From the NCBI GenBank assembly GCA_038207335.1, contig JBBQZX010000003.1, positions 192,001-256,000 on the forward strand: a DNA stretch of 64,000 nt, written 5' to 3'. Every line of letters begins with the position of its first letter. Position 1 is the stretch's first letter. Positions 41,801 through 50,098 of this stretch are shown here, in pieces. The notes beneath the pieces are model-generated. The model had not been told where the DNA came from. It was given only the letters and a program-made list of their open reading frames with translations, and did no database searches. The DNA comes from Chthoniobacterales bacterium (lineage in GTDB: Bacteria > Verrucomicrobiota > Verrucomicrobiia > Chthoniobacterales > Chthoniobacteraceae). The position numbers were made by a program, and so were the translations under genes.

Positions 41801-42311
41801 GCGCGACTTTATCCCGCACGAGCTGCTGCAGCGCGGCTTGGGTACAGTTCTGGAGGTTGTCTCTGTTTTGTAGCGCCTCTGCTTGGAATCGTTCGCGGCT
41901 AATGCTTGCCGGGTCGAGCGCGGTCGGCAGGTCTGGTGCTTTGTCGCGGATTTCTTGCGCGTGATTGAACTGCAAATTCAGACGGTCGCGCAGGAACGCG
42001 AGCGTGGCTTTCGGGTCGGCGTCGTAGGCCAGCAGCGCGGCGCGATTTTCGATGATCTTCCGCTGCTCCGATGTCGGAAAGCGCGCCGTCCATTCCGACA
42101 TCGTCGCCTTCAGTTTCGCCGCCTGCGCCGTGTTTTGAAAGTGGAGCGCGTGGTAAAAGTAAAACTCCTCGCTGCCCGGGATGAGCTGCGAGAGCACCGC
42201 CTCGCGATCCGGCGCGAGCGCGAATTTTTCGATGAAGCCGACTTCATTTTCCGCGCACAAAAAGCGCGCGAACGAAATGGCGAGGAGCGATGAGAGGAGG
42301 CGTGTTTTCAT
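35835..42311 (-). CDS. Giant secreted hypothetical protein (2158 aa)
   Basis: Uninterrupted ORF; signal peptide MKTRLLSSLLAISFARFLCA; C-terminal YVKVYA...FYKDGYTDLRGRFDYASLN. Confidence 0.85.
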   Translation of the reverse strand: MKTRLLSSLLAISFARFLCAENEVGFIEKFALAPDREAVLSQLIPGSEEFYFYHALHFQNTAQAAKLKATMSEWTARFPTSEQRKIIENRAALLAYDADPKATLAFLRDRLNLQFNHAQEIRDKAPDLPTALDPASISRERFQAEALQNRDNLQNCTQAALQQLVRDKVALTPSQRRSLLSAIQRPDVEGLVALIAADLQTKESRGFGEYPIHKLLLPEQLDQLAKQLPGLLDSQEFVFTRLRKFLPNADVDIEFDLAEREAWLERAWGYAKNLSQSFNTLKAHILHARLLLDRSRGVYDKARFLEYLKLPRRAGYMRPEYLDRGSRGDHAIDLNADLNGAALSISTPIGDDTWLVREFLLELLKDAPDWGAFAPYLRDDFLKPIFAESKITHGVGAPEKWAALLSPTAFQALKERVDIDFNPANPQFFAPADPVAIDVITKNAPKLIVKIYEVNALSFFLANNRQLNTDLPLDGLVANSEKTEQIMAAPLLRTPRTFKFPELAKRRGAWVIEFIGGGKSSRVLIRKGQWHVLQQTGPAGDMLSIIDEAQQIVPDAVAWLDGRKLTPDEKTGRIIVPFTKQPGTKPVILADAAGEFATLTSFEHHAESYSLDAQFHIPREQLLGGREATLAIRAALRLGDAIIAPSLLQDVKLAITSTTLDGISTTKDVTGIAFDPKRDETQKFTVPERLATLTVTLTAKVENLSAGGEKNEVSATKTWEVNGIDKTAATVDAHFARIGAAYVVDLLGKNAEPLADQQIVIELTHRDFRNTINIALRSDARGRVDLGALDGIGSVRASFANGVGQRTWALKLDESIQTRVIHARAGQMIEVPWFGGAGPLRPEDASLLEKVGDSYVADHFAEISIARGFVHVKGLTPGDYTLVVQPDDRHFDIRVTAGAPVLNWLVSKSRDLEVRAFEPVQIENIRDDGDSFAAQIRNVNAFTRVHVAATHFYPDSGNFLTTLAHFEQPTPGIVTPARRPNLFAAGRPIGDEFRYILERRYSKIFPGNMLPRPGLLLNPWEVRSTDLSAQSMAAGETAKAAAGDREVRQKIADPMSRAARGDVAQASIMQTPTPDLDFLATVAPTFFNIVPDKNGIAWIPKKLLGDRQQVQVYAEDLTSAVMRSFALPEVPTKFQDLRLTRNLDPQKPFSERKEVSLLATGQTLVLPDLLTSELEAYDSLASIHALFTTLSHDANLAKFAWILDWPKLKEEEKRAKYSEFACHELNFFLSRKDPDFFAKVVKPNLANKKEKQFLDEWLLGTDLSRFLEPWKFERLNAAERALLAQRLPAAAAGIARHLRETLDLQPPDAERDDLFFETALRGKALQGASGGAFGEAKEQAVAMDVLEPAAAPALAEMQVKSAAKPMATTMAGRVAGVTRMATLATQKDDKKLEELSDAFSKSDAIKLPETVAYFGLALDEDAVRLRGTVRQFFRALGPTKEWAENNYYNLPLDQQTAELIPVNAFWSDFAAWDGKAPFLSKSVAEASHNFSEMMLALAALDLPFEAPKHATKTAGRQFTLTAAGALIAFHKEIKPAQAAPQQGELLVSENFFRQDDRVRAEGSEKFDKYVTGEFIAGVVYGANVVVTNPTSAPQKLALLLQIPRGALPVLGSKATDSKRVRLESYTTQRLEYFFYFPAPAKEELPHYPVHVSRDEMTVGAGKAFAFNVVQKLTKPDTTSWDYVSQNGTDADVFVFLAAHSLEQISLERIAWRARKSADFFRKLIGVLEQRHIYNDTIYSYAVVHDDTDALREWLRHHDDFLARCGPYLASKLITIDPIERRTFQELEYSPLVNQRSHRLGGESRIPNPVVRGQYQALLGILAHKPALDAMDRMSVVYFLFLQDRVEEALALFASVKPAELPTRIQHDYFRCYAAFYEEKLADARTVAAAYAAYPVDRWRKIFSGVTAQLDEIEGKAQPPANPDGKPNREGQQGELASTEPSFEFKVEGGAIAMTWKNLSEVTVNFYLMDPEFLFSSSPFVTQDASRFSIIKPGKSVRQVLPADKEAMEIPLPAEFAKSNVLVEVLGAGQRKTEAHHANTLRLTLAENYGRLELRDQAANRPVSKAYVKVYARLKNGQVRFYKDGYTDLRGRFDYASLNSSEHPVPPVVPMPRTATADTATLDTQMLRPDEIGEVARMSILIMSEANGALVREAIPPSE

Positions 42312-42492
42312 GGGAGAGTCGGGAATGCGTGCCGGATTGGAATGCTGCCAATTGCGCGCAATGACGCAAGGCACTCCATGAGACACGTGTGACGAGGCGC
42401 TTGTGTTAGAAAGACGCGGCTGAGAATTCCAGCGATGATGCTTCATCCATTTCAGGCTCGAACGCTTGTGCATCTCGCCTACTTTCCGCGCC

Positions 42493-43128
42493 ATGCGAAT
42501 CGCACTTTGCCTCGCTTTTCCTCTCATCGCGTTACTCGCGGGCTGCGCTTCCCGGCCGCTTCCGAAGTATGAGAAGCCAATCGCTCGCACTGCCGTGCAG
42601 AGCGTCCGCACGACGGCCTACACACACACGGAGGCCGACCACATCAAGCACGGGAGCAGCACGGCGCTCGGCACGCAGTTGCAATCCGGCGAAATTCACA
42701 GCGCGGCGGCGGACTGGTCGCGCTGGCCGGCGGGCTCGCGGTTTCGGATCGTGGAGACGGGTGAAATTTATCAAGTGGATGACTACGGATGGGCGCTCGC
42801 CGGGACGAATACGATCGACCTTTACAAGCCGACGCGCGCCGACATGAACGCGTGGGGCGTGCGCCGTGTGACGATCGAAAATCTGCAATGGGGCGACCCG
42901 AAACGCAGCGTAGCCGTGCTGCGCCCGCGATCAAAATACGCGCACATCCGGCGGATGCTGGAGGAATTCAAAAAGAACGACATGACGTTCCCCGCGCTGC
43001 CGCAAAACGCGCCGCTGCTGGCGGTGGCCGCGCCCGCGCCCGCGCCAGTCTTTACCGCCGTCCGCGCGGTGCCGGTTGGCGGAGAAAGGTCCGACTTGAA
43101 GCCATTCTACGCGCCCGCCGGGCAGTGA
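42493..43128 (+). CDS. Lipoprotein with 3D (MltA-like) domain
   Basis: Lipobox LLAG-C; VRTTAY, AAADW, VDDYG, TIDLY. Confidence 0.82.
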   Translation: MRIALCLAFPLIALLAGCASRPLPKYEKPIARTAVQSVRTTAYTHTEADHIKHGSSTALGTQLQSGEIHSAAADWSRWPAGSRFRIVETGEIYQVDDYGWALAGTNTIDLYKPTRADMNAWGVRRVTIENLQWGDPKRSVAVLRPRSKYAHIRRMLEEFKKNDMTFPALPQNAPLLAVAAPAPAPVFTAVRAVPVGGERSDLKPFYAPAGQ

Positions 43129-43157
43129 ATGTCGTCCATCACGAAAGCGCTACAGCG

Positions 43158-46100
43158 TCACGGCTGGGTGATTTTCAAACGGAGGAAGCGCGGGGCGGTG
43201 CCGCGCGGGACGGTGTCGCGGAAGTAGAGAGTCTCGGTGCCGTCGCCGTTTGAAGCGGGCGCGCCGTCCTGGATCGCGGCGCTCCAGCCGGCCAGGTCGC
43301 CAGTGGCTTCGGCGGAGTAGGTGATGCCGGTGCGGCCGATGGGGCGGCGGATTTCGAGCGCGAGGTATTCGGTGCCGCCTACGTTGCGCCAGACCGTGCC
43401 GGGCAAGACGCCATCGCCAGCGGCTGTGGGGTCGGTGCCGAGGGCGTACTCGATGAGATTCACGCATCCGTCGTGCTCAGGGTCGGCGAGCGGCGCGATG
43501 ATCGCGGGATCGCTGATGCCGGGCCACGCGATGCTCTGCCAGTCGGCGAAGAGGTTCGGATTCGGGGCGGCGGTGATGCTGAGTTCGGCGAAGTCCTGTG
43601 CGATGGAATTCGTGCCGGTGAGGCGCAGGACGTAGCTGCCACTCTGGGCGAAGGTGAGGGTCGTGGCGGGGCTCGCGGGGTTGCCGAATGTGACGGCGCC
43701 GGGGCCGCTGATTTTGCTCCATGCGGCGGTGAGCGTGTCGGCCAGTTCGCTGACGGCAGTGCCGGCGAGGGTCGTGGTGACGCCGTTGATGGCGGTGGGC
43801 GCGGGGCCGGTGAGCAGCGACGGCGCGGGGCTGGCGGCGGCGAGCGCGGCGATTTCGCCGGGGGCGAGGGCGCGCGAGTAGAGGCGGAAGTCGTCGAGGA
43901 GGGCGTTGAGATACGGGTCGGCGGAGAATTGAGAACGACCGAGATAGTTCAGGGTGGTGGTGCCGAGGCTGGATGGTTTCAGCGACATCGCGCTGTTGCG
44001 GCCAGCTTCGACGCCGTCGAGGTACAGAATGCCGGTCGTGCCGCTGAGCGTGAGGGCGACGTGATGCCACGCTCCGGCAGTGAGCGCGGCGGGTGCGTCG
44101 ATGCGCTGCTCACCGCTGCCGTTGTTGATCGCAAAACGCAGCGGGCCGCCCGCGCCTGCCATCGGCGCGAGGAACATGTAATTGGTCGTGCCGGTGCCGA
44201 AATCGAACACGCGCGCCCATGCCGAGACAGCCGTCGCTTTAACCCAAACAGCGGCGGTGAAGTTCGTGAGCCCAGCCGCGACGCCGCTCGGAAGCGTGGC
44301 ATACTGGCTGGAGCCGTTGAAGTTCAGCGCGTTGCGCAGGACGCCGCTCGTCCACGTCGGGGAGTTGAAAAGCGTGGCGTTGCGCGAATTCGACGAGCTG
44401 TCGAAAGCAGTCGCACCGCTGGTTTCGTTCATCTTCAGCCAGACCGCGAGCGAGGCGTCGGGCGCGGGGAAGACCGCGACCGCGATGTCCGCGCTACCCG
44501 CGCCTGCGGTCGTGGTGGCACTGCATCGGAGGACGTACGCGCCCGTCTGCGAGAAGCTCGCGGCGGTCGCGGCGGTGTTGGCGGGGGCAAATGTGACGCT
44601 TCCGGGGCCGCTCACTTTCGACCAAAGCACGGCGGGGACTCCCTGCCCGCCGCTGTCGGTAATCGCGGCGGTGAGGCGGAGGCTCGTGGCTGCGCCGTCG
44701 AGCGTGACCGCATCCGGCAGGGCGACATCGGGCGGCGGGACGATCACGCTCACTTCATCGAGCACGGCTTCGGTGAAAAGCGCTTCATCGTGCGAGCATG
44801 CGGGCAGGCCCACGAGCATGGAGGTGGACATCGCGACGGTCTGCGGCGCGCCGATGACCGTCCACGCGACGCCGTCGGTCGAGTAGGACGCCGTGAAAAC
44901 GTTCCCGCGCCGCAGCAGCCGCACCCATGGCGGATCGGTGATGCCCGTAACCACGACCGCGCTCGTGCTGCCGCTCGACGCGCTGCGCGTCAGCACCTCG
45001 ACCGTCCCCGCTGGCGTCCAATCCACCGTCACGCTCCGCACGAAGCTGGTCGCGGATTCGCGCATCATCACGCCGGTTTTCGCCGCGGCGTTCGTGGCGT
45101 CGAGGCCGAGAATGCGCGCGGTGAGCTGGCAGTCGCCAGTCATCGGGCGGTTCACGAAATGAAACTTGTCCGACGTGCTCCAAATGTCCGCGCCCGCCGC
45201 TTGGATCGCGAATTTCGTCCCGCGCACTCCCGACGTGCCGGCGAGCGGAATCGTCGTGACATCCTGGCTGACCCACGGCGCCGGTAGCGGCTGCGCGAGG
45301 AAAAACGAGTCCGCATACTCCGCCGCGGTGCTGCTCCCGCGGAACGCGAAAATCGTCCCGGTCGTGTTGCTCGCGCCGGTCGTGAAATTCACCGTCCCGC
45401 GCGTCCACACGCTCGCAGTCACCCCTGTCGTCACCTGGCTTCCGCCGTGATTTTTTACGCCGAATGTCAGCCCCTTCCCGCCATTATTCGTCCACGCGCT
45501 AAGCCGGTAGGCAGTGCCCGGCGTGAGCCCCACCACCTCCTGCTCCGCGCCTGCCGACGACGTGCTCGCGGGAAAAGTGAGCGCATACGTGCCGCTGTGG
45601 ATCGATCCCGAGTCCGCGACGACGGTGCCGCCGTAGAGATTCCACGCCACGTCGTCGCCGCGCTCCAGCGATCCGTTCGTCACCGTCGCGCCGCGCCGCA
45701 GGAGAAAATCATCCACGTAGCTCGTCCCGCTGCCCGCCGCCGCGCGCGCGAAAATCGTTGCCGTGCGGTTGAACGCCCCGGTCGTAAAAGGCACGGTCGC
45801 CTTTGCAAAACTAGTGCCTGTCACAATCTGCGATACCTCGGTGCCGCCGTGCGAATTCACCCCGATCGTCGCCGCGCCGCGCCCCCAACCCGTCAGCACG
45901 TATCCCGTATTCGGCTGCAAACCGTACACCGTCTGCGCGAGCGTCGCCGTCGCCGATGCCGCCGACAGCGCCGCGCCCGTCGTGCCGCTGGAGGCCTCCA
46001 CGCCATTCGTCCCGCTCACCCAGTTCGAGTTGCTCCCGGCCCACGGCTGCTTCCGCGCCTCCAAGTCCGCATCCTCCAGCCCTTCCGCGGGCCGGAAAAA

Positions 46101-46907
46101 CCGCACGTAATCCACCTCCATCTTCGTCGTGCTCGTGCTCGCATCGCCGTATCCACCCGACGGGATTTGCCCCGCCCACGACTCGAAGCTCCCGCCCCCG
46201 ATGATCGTCGAGAGATAAATCCACTGCCCCCGCATCGACACCGCCTGCGTGCTGCTCGCGACCTGCACGCTATCGATGTAAAAAGTGTATCCGGCCGGCG
46301 TCCAGTGCAGTCCGTAAGTGTGCCAGTTTCCCTGCAGGGCCGAGTTGCCGCTCCAGTTATTCACGAGCCCGGGCCCGCCGCTCAAGCCCGCCGTGCCGTA
46401 ACTATTCCAATGCAGGGCCTCGTAGGCTTTATCGGAAATATTCGCACCGCTCGCGTCCTGCTTCCGGTGCTCCACGATGTCGATTTCGGTCCCATTGTTC
46501 GCCGGGTCCGGCGGCGTCGAAACCGTGTTGATGGAGTCCGGCTGGAGCCAAAAAGCCGACCACGTCGCGCTCGCGCCATTGAATCGAATCCGCGCCTCCC
46601 AATATCCATACACCGCATCGAAATGCCCCTGCGTCCCGATCCATCCCGTGTGATGCACCCCGCTCGCAGCGTTCGTCCACGTCAGGATCGTCAAAATCCC
46701 ATTTCCCACCGAGACATCCGGCGCAGTGCCGGACATGAAACCATTCCGATACTGCCCTGTGAAATTGCTCCACTTCGAGCCATCCAGCGCCGTCCCGTCG
46801 AACTCATCACTCCACACCTGCGTCCACCCATTTCCCGGAGGTGCCGCATTCACCGCTCGCCCCGAAACGAGCACAGCAATAGCGAGGACGTGGAGAAAGC
46901 GATACAT
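43158..46907 (-). CDS. Multimodular secreted GH16 glycoside hydrolase (CBM-like repeats, Ig/PKD-like domains, LamG)
   Basis: WSDEFDG, WSAFW, EIDIVE catalytic motif, WHTYG, VDYVR; two WSK(V/I)SGPG repeats; LamG WHHVALT...LDDFRLY. Confidence 0.88.
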   Translation of the reverse strand: MYRFLHVLAIAVLVSGRAVNAAPPGNGWTQVWSDEFDGTALDGSKWSNFTGQYRNGFMSGTAPDVSVGNGILTILTWTNAASGVHHTGWIGTQGHFDAVYGYWEARIRFNGASATWSAFWLQPDSINTVSTPPDPANNGTEIDIVEHRKQDASGANISDKAYEALHWNSYGTAGLSGGPGLVNNWSGNSALQGNWHTYGLHWTPAGYTFYIDSVQVASSTQAVSMRGQWIYLSTIIGGGSFESWAGQIPSGGYGDASTSTTKMEVDYVRFFRPAEGLEDADLEARKQPWAGSNSNWVSGTNGVEASSGTTGAALSAASATATLAQTVYGLQPNTGYVLTGWGRGAATIGVNSHGGTEVSQIVTGTSFAKATVPFTTGAFNRTATIFARAAAGSGTSYVDDFLLRRGATVTNGSLERGDDVAWNLYGGTVVADSGSIHSGTYALTFPASTSSAGAEQEVVGLTPGTAYRLSAWTNNGGKGLTFGVKNHGGSQVTTGVTASVWTRGTVNFTTGASNTTGTIFAFRGSSTAAEYADSFFLAQPLPAPWVSQDVTTIPLAGTSGVRGTKFAIQAAGADIWSTSDKFHFVNRPMTGDCQLTARILGLDATNAAAKTGVMMRESATSFVRSVTVDWTPAGTVEVLTRSASSGSTSAVVVTGITDPPWVRLLRRGNVFTASYSTDGVAWTVIGAPQTVAMSTSMLVGLPACSHDEALFTEAVLDEVSVIVPPPDVALPDAVTLDGAATSLRLTAAITDSGGQGVPAVLWSKVSGPGSVTFAPANTAATAASFSQTGAYVLRCSATTTAGAGSADIAVAVFPAPDASLAVWLKMNETSGATAFDSSSNSRNATLFNSPTWTSGVLRNALNFNGSSQYATLPSGVAAGLTNFTAAVWVKATAVSAWARVFDFGTGTTNYMFLAPMAGAGGPLRFAINNGSGEQRIDAPAALTAGAWHHVALTLSGTTGILYLDGVEAGRNSAMSLKPSSLGTTTLNYLGRSQFSADPYLNALLDDFRLYSRALAPGEIAALAAASPAPSLLTGPAPTAINGVTTTLAGTAVSELADTLTAAWSKISGPGAVTFGNPASPATTLTFAQSGSYVLRLTGTNSIAQDFAELSITAAPNPNLFADWQSIAWPGISDPAIIAPLADPEHDGCVNLIEYALGTDPTAAGDGVLPGTVWRNVGGTEYLALEIRRPIGRTGITYSAEATGDLAGWSAAIQDGAPASNGDGTETLYFRDTVPRGTAPRFLRLKITQP

Positions 46908-47080
46908 CGCGGGGGAGGGTGCGATCCTAGCGCAAAACAGATCGAACACTAGCGGTTGCTGAAATCGGCATTCCAACAAGCCATGCGTCCTGACTGGCCG
47001 CGGTGGTCGTTGCAACCGGGATCGGCGATCCTGCTTACAGGATTGACGGCGCGTAGATGCGCGCAACATTTATCGCCCCA

Positions 47081-50068
47081 ATGCGCCCCATTTTCTCGAT
47101 GATCCTACTGGCTGCTGTGCTGCCGCTGTCGGCGCGAGCGGGGAAGGTGAGTTTTAATCGGGATGTGCGGCCGATCTTGTCGAACAATTGCTTTTTCTGC
47201 CACGGGCCGGATGAGAAGAAGCGCGAGGCAAAGCTGAGGCTGGATGTCCGCGAGAGCGCGCTGGCGGATCACGAGGGGGAGCGGGCGATTGTGCCGGGGA
47301 AGCCTGAGGAGAGCGCGGTGATGGAGCGGTTGCTGACTCACGACAAGGAGGAGATGATGCCGCCTTTCAAGAGCAAGCGGCCACCGGTGACGACGGCTCA
47401 GGTGGAGACGCTGCGGCAGTGGATTGCCGAGGGCGCGGAGTACGAGGCGCACTGGGCTTTTCTCCCGATCGCGGATGCCGCGCCGCCGGAGGTGCGGGAT
47501 GCGGGGTGGGTGAAGAATGGGGTGGATCGTTTCATCCTGGCGCGGCTGGAGGGGGAGGAGATCACGCCTTCGCCGGCGGCGGATGCGGGGACGCTTTGCC
47601 GGAGGATGTATCTCGATGTGACGGGACTGCTGCCGACGCCGGATGAGGTCGCGACTTTCACAAAAGCAATGTCGGCGGATCGCGATGCGGCGGTGTCGGC
47701 GCTGGCGGACAGGCTGCTGGCGAGCCCGCACTATGGGGAGCGTTGGGGCCGGCACTGGCTGGATCAGGCGCGGTATGCGGACTCGAATGGCTACACGATC
47801 GACTCGGCGCGGGCGATGTGGCCGTTTCGGGACTGGGTGATCGAGGCGCTGAATGAGGACATGCCTTTCGAAAAATTCACGGTGGAGCAGCTCGCGGGGG
47901 ATTTGCTGCCGAAGCCGACGAAGAGCGATTTGATCGCGACCGCGTTTCACCGAAATACGACGATCAATGAGGAGGGTGGGTCGGATAAGGAGCAGTTCCG
48001 CAATGAGGCGGTGGTGGATCGCACGAATACGACGGCGACGGTGTGGCTGGGGCTGACGGTGGGGTGCGCGCAGTGCCACTCGCATAAGTTCGATCCGATC
48101 TCGCACCGCGAGTATTATGAGATGTTCGCGTTCTTCAACTCGGGGACGGATGTGAACAACAAGGGGGCTACCATCGAGGTGGCGCGCGGGGAGGTGTTTG
48201 GGCATCCGGTCGCGAAGAAGGCGGAGCCGCGGCCTGCGGATGCCGGTGAAATCAAGGCTCAGCAGGAATGGGAGCGCGCGGAGCTGGCGCGGGCGACGAC
48301 GCCGCAGGGAGAGGTGAAGTGGTCGCCGGCGGCTTACGTGGAGTATGACACGGCGACGGGCGCGGGCTTTCAACTGCTGCCGGATAACTCGCTGCTGGCA
48401 GACGGACGCGGGGCTTTCAATGACACGTATCGCGTGGTGGCGAAGACGGAGCTGAAGCAGGTGGCGGCTGTGCGGCTGCGGGTGCTGACGCATGAGTCGC
48501 TGCCGAAGAATGGGCCGGGGACGGCGAGCAATGGGAATTTTGTGCTGACGGATTTCGAGGCGAGCGCGGGGGGGGAGGATCGGGCGTTTGCGCGGGCTTT
48601 TGCGGATCATGAGCAGGCGACGTATCCAGTGTCGGCGGCGATCGATGACAAGCCGAAGAGCGGGTGGGCGATCAATGTGGGGAAGGGCGAGAAGGCGAAA
48701 ATGAACGCGGATCACGAGGCGGTGTTCATCTTCGAGAAGGCGGTGCCGGGCGGGCAGCCGATCGAGTTCAAGATGCACCACGATCTCAATGAGAAATATC
48801 TCATCGGGCGGTTCGCGCTGGAGTTTTCGGAGATGGCGCCGAGTGGGGATGGGGCGCTGGTGACAGCGCTGAAAGTGCCTCCGGCAAAGCGTTCGGAGGC
48901 GGAGGCAAGGATTGTGAGGGAGGCGTTCGAGCGGACGAAGCCGCAGCCGGCGAAGGAGACGGTGGATGCGAAGCGGGATTTCGCGGAGCTGATGGTGATG
49001 AAGGAGACGGATGAGCCGCGGGTGACGTTCGTGCATCTGCGCGGAGACTTTTTGCGGAACGACGAGAAGACGGGGCACCTGAATCCGGGGGGGCTGAGTG
49101 CGGTCGCGCCGCCACTGCCGGCGGCGGCTGGGAGGACGCGACTGGACCTCGCAAAGTGGATCGTGGATCCGGCGAATCCGCTGACGGCGCGGGTCGCTGT
49201 GAATCGGATTTGGGCGAAGTATTTCGGGCGGGGGATCGTGGAGACGGATGAGGACTTCGGCGCGCAGGGGTCGGCGCCGACGCACCCGGAGTTGCTGGAC
49301 TGGCTGGCGCGGGAGTTCGTGCGCGGCGGGTGGTCGATGAAGGCGATGCACCGGCTGATCGTGACTTCGGCGGCGTATCAGCAGAGCTCGGCGGCGCGGC
49401 CGGACTTGGCGGAAAAGGACCCGCGCAATTTGCTGCTCGCGCGGCAGGAGCGGCTGCGTTTCGACGCGGAGATCGTGCGGGATGCGGCGCTTTCGGCGAG
49501 CGGGTTGCTCGCGCCGGAGGTCGGTGGGCCGAGTGTGCATCCGCCGCAGGCGGAGGGGGTGTATGCTTTCACTCAGGATAAGAAGAAGTGGACGGCGGAC
49601 ACGGGCCCGGATCGCTTCCGCCGCGCGCTCTACACGACCTTTTACCGCGCCGCGCCGTATCCGCTTTTCACGACGTTCGACGCGCCGGATTTCCAGACGA
49701 CCTGCACGCGCCGCGCCCGGTCGGACACGCCGCTGCAGGCGCTGACGGTGGCGAATGACCCGGCATTTCTGGAGCTCGCGCAGGGGCTTGCAGCGCGACT
49801 TTTGCGCGAATCTCCGGCAGGCACGGAGGCTCAGCTCCGGCGCGCCTTTGTGCTGTGCCTCTCGCGCGAGCCGAGCGCGAAGGAGTTGCAAATCTTCCGC
49901 GACTACTTCGACCGGCAAGCGGCGATGTTCGCCGAAGATGCAGACTCCGCCGCCGCGCTGCTTTCCCCCGATCTGAAAGGGAGCGGAACGCCGGCAAACG
50001 CTGCTGCCGCGTTGGTCTGCGCCGCTCGCGCGTTGCTGAATACGGACGTGTTCATCAGCCGGGAATAG
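47081..50068 (+). CDS. Planctomycete cytochrome c / DUF1549 (PSCyt2) / DUF1553 (PSD1) protein
   Basis: VRPILSNNCFFCHG, YGERWGRHWLD.ARYADS, CAQCHSHKFDP, PTHPELLDWLA, TPLQAL. Confidence 0.93.
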   Translation: MRPIFSMILLAAVLPLSARAGKVSFNRDVRPILSNNCFFCHGPDEKKREAKLRLDVRESALADHEGERAIVPGKPEESAVMERLLTHDKEEMMPPFKSKRPPVTTAQVETLRQWIAEGAEYEAHWAFLPIADAAPPEVRDAGWVKNGVDRFILARLEGEEITPSPAADAGTLCRRMYLDVTGLLPTPDEVATFTKAMSADRDAAVSALADRLLASPHYGERWGRHWLDQARYADSNGYTIDSARAMWPFRDWVIEALNEDMPFEKFTVEQLAGDLLPKPTKSDLIATAFHRNTTINEEGGSDKEQFRNEAVVDRTNTTATVWLGLTVGCAQCHSHKFDPISHREYYEMFAFFNSGTDVNNKGATIEVARGEVFGHPVAKKAEPRPADAGEIKAQQEWERAELARATTPQGEVKWSPAAYVEYDTATGAGFQLLPDNSLLADGRGAFNDTYRVVAKTELKQVAAVRLRVLTHESLPKNGPGTASNGNFVLTDFEASAGGEDRAFARAFADHEQATYPVSAAIDDKPKSGWAINVGKGEKAKMNADHEAVFIFEKAVPGGQPIEFKMHHDLNEKYLIGRFALEFSEMAPSGDGALVTALKVPPAKRSEAEARIVREAFERTKPQPAKETVDAKRDFAELMVMKETDEPRVTFVHLRGDFLRNDEKTGHLNPGGLSAVAPPLPAAAGRTRLDLAKWIVDPANPLTARVAVNRIWAKYFGRGIVETDEDFGAQGSAPTHPELLDWLAREFVRGGWSMKAMHRLIVTSAAYQQSSAARPDLAEKDPRNLLLARQERLRFDAEIVRDAALSASGLLAPEVGGPSVHPPQAEGVYAFTQDKKKWTADTGPDRFRRALYTTFYRAAPYPLFTTFDAPDFQTTCTRRARSDTPLQALTVANDPAFLELAQGLAARLLRESPAGTEAQLRRAFVLCLSREPSAKELQIFRDYFDRQAAMFAEDADSAAALLSPDLKGSGTPANAAAALVCAARALLNTDVFISRE

Positions 50069-50098
50069 GGCGTCGTTGGGTGCGGGAGGGGGGAACTT

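Noticed and set aside
47105..49918. 937-aa antisense ORF (similar ones at 26247-27914, 43473-45287, 57437-59071)
   Set aside because: Shadow frames of real genes, R/P/H-rich or otherwise low-information, as expected from high GC and codon bias.
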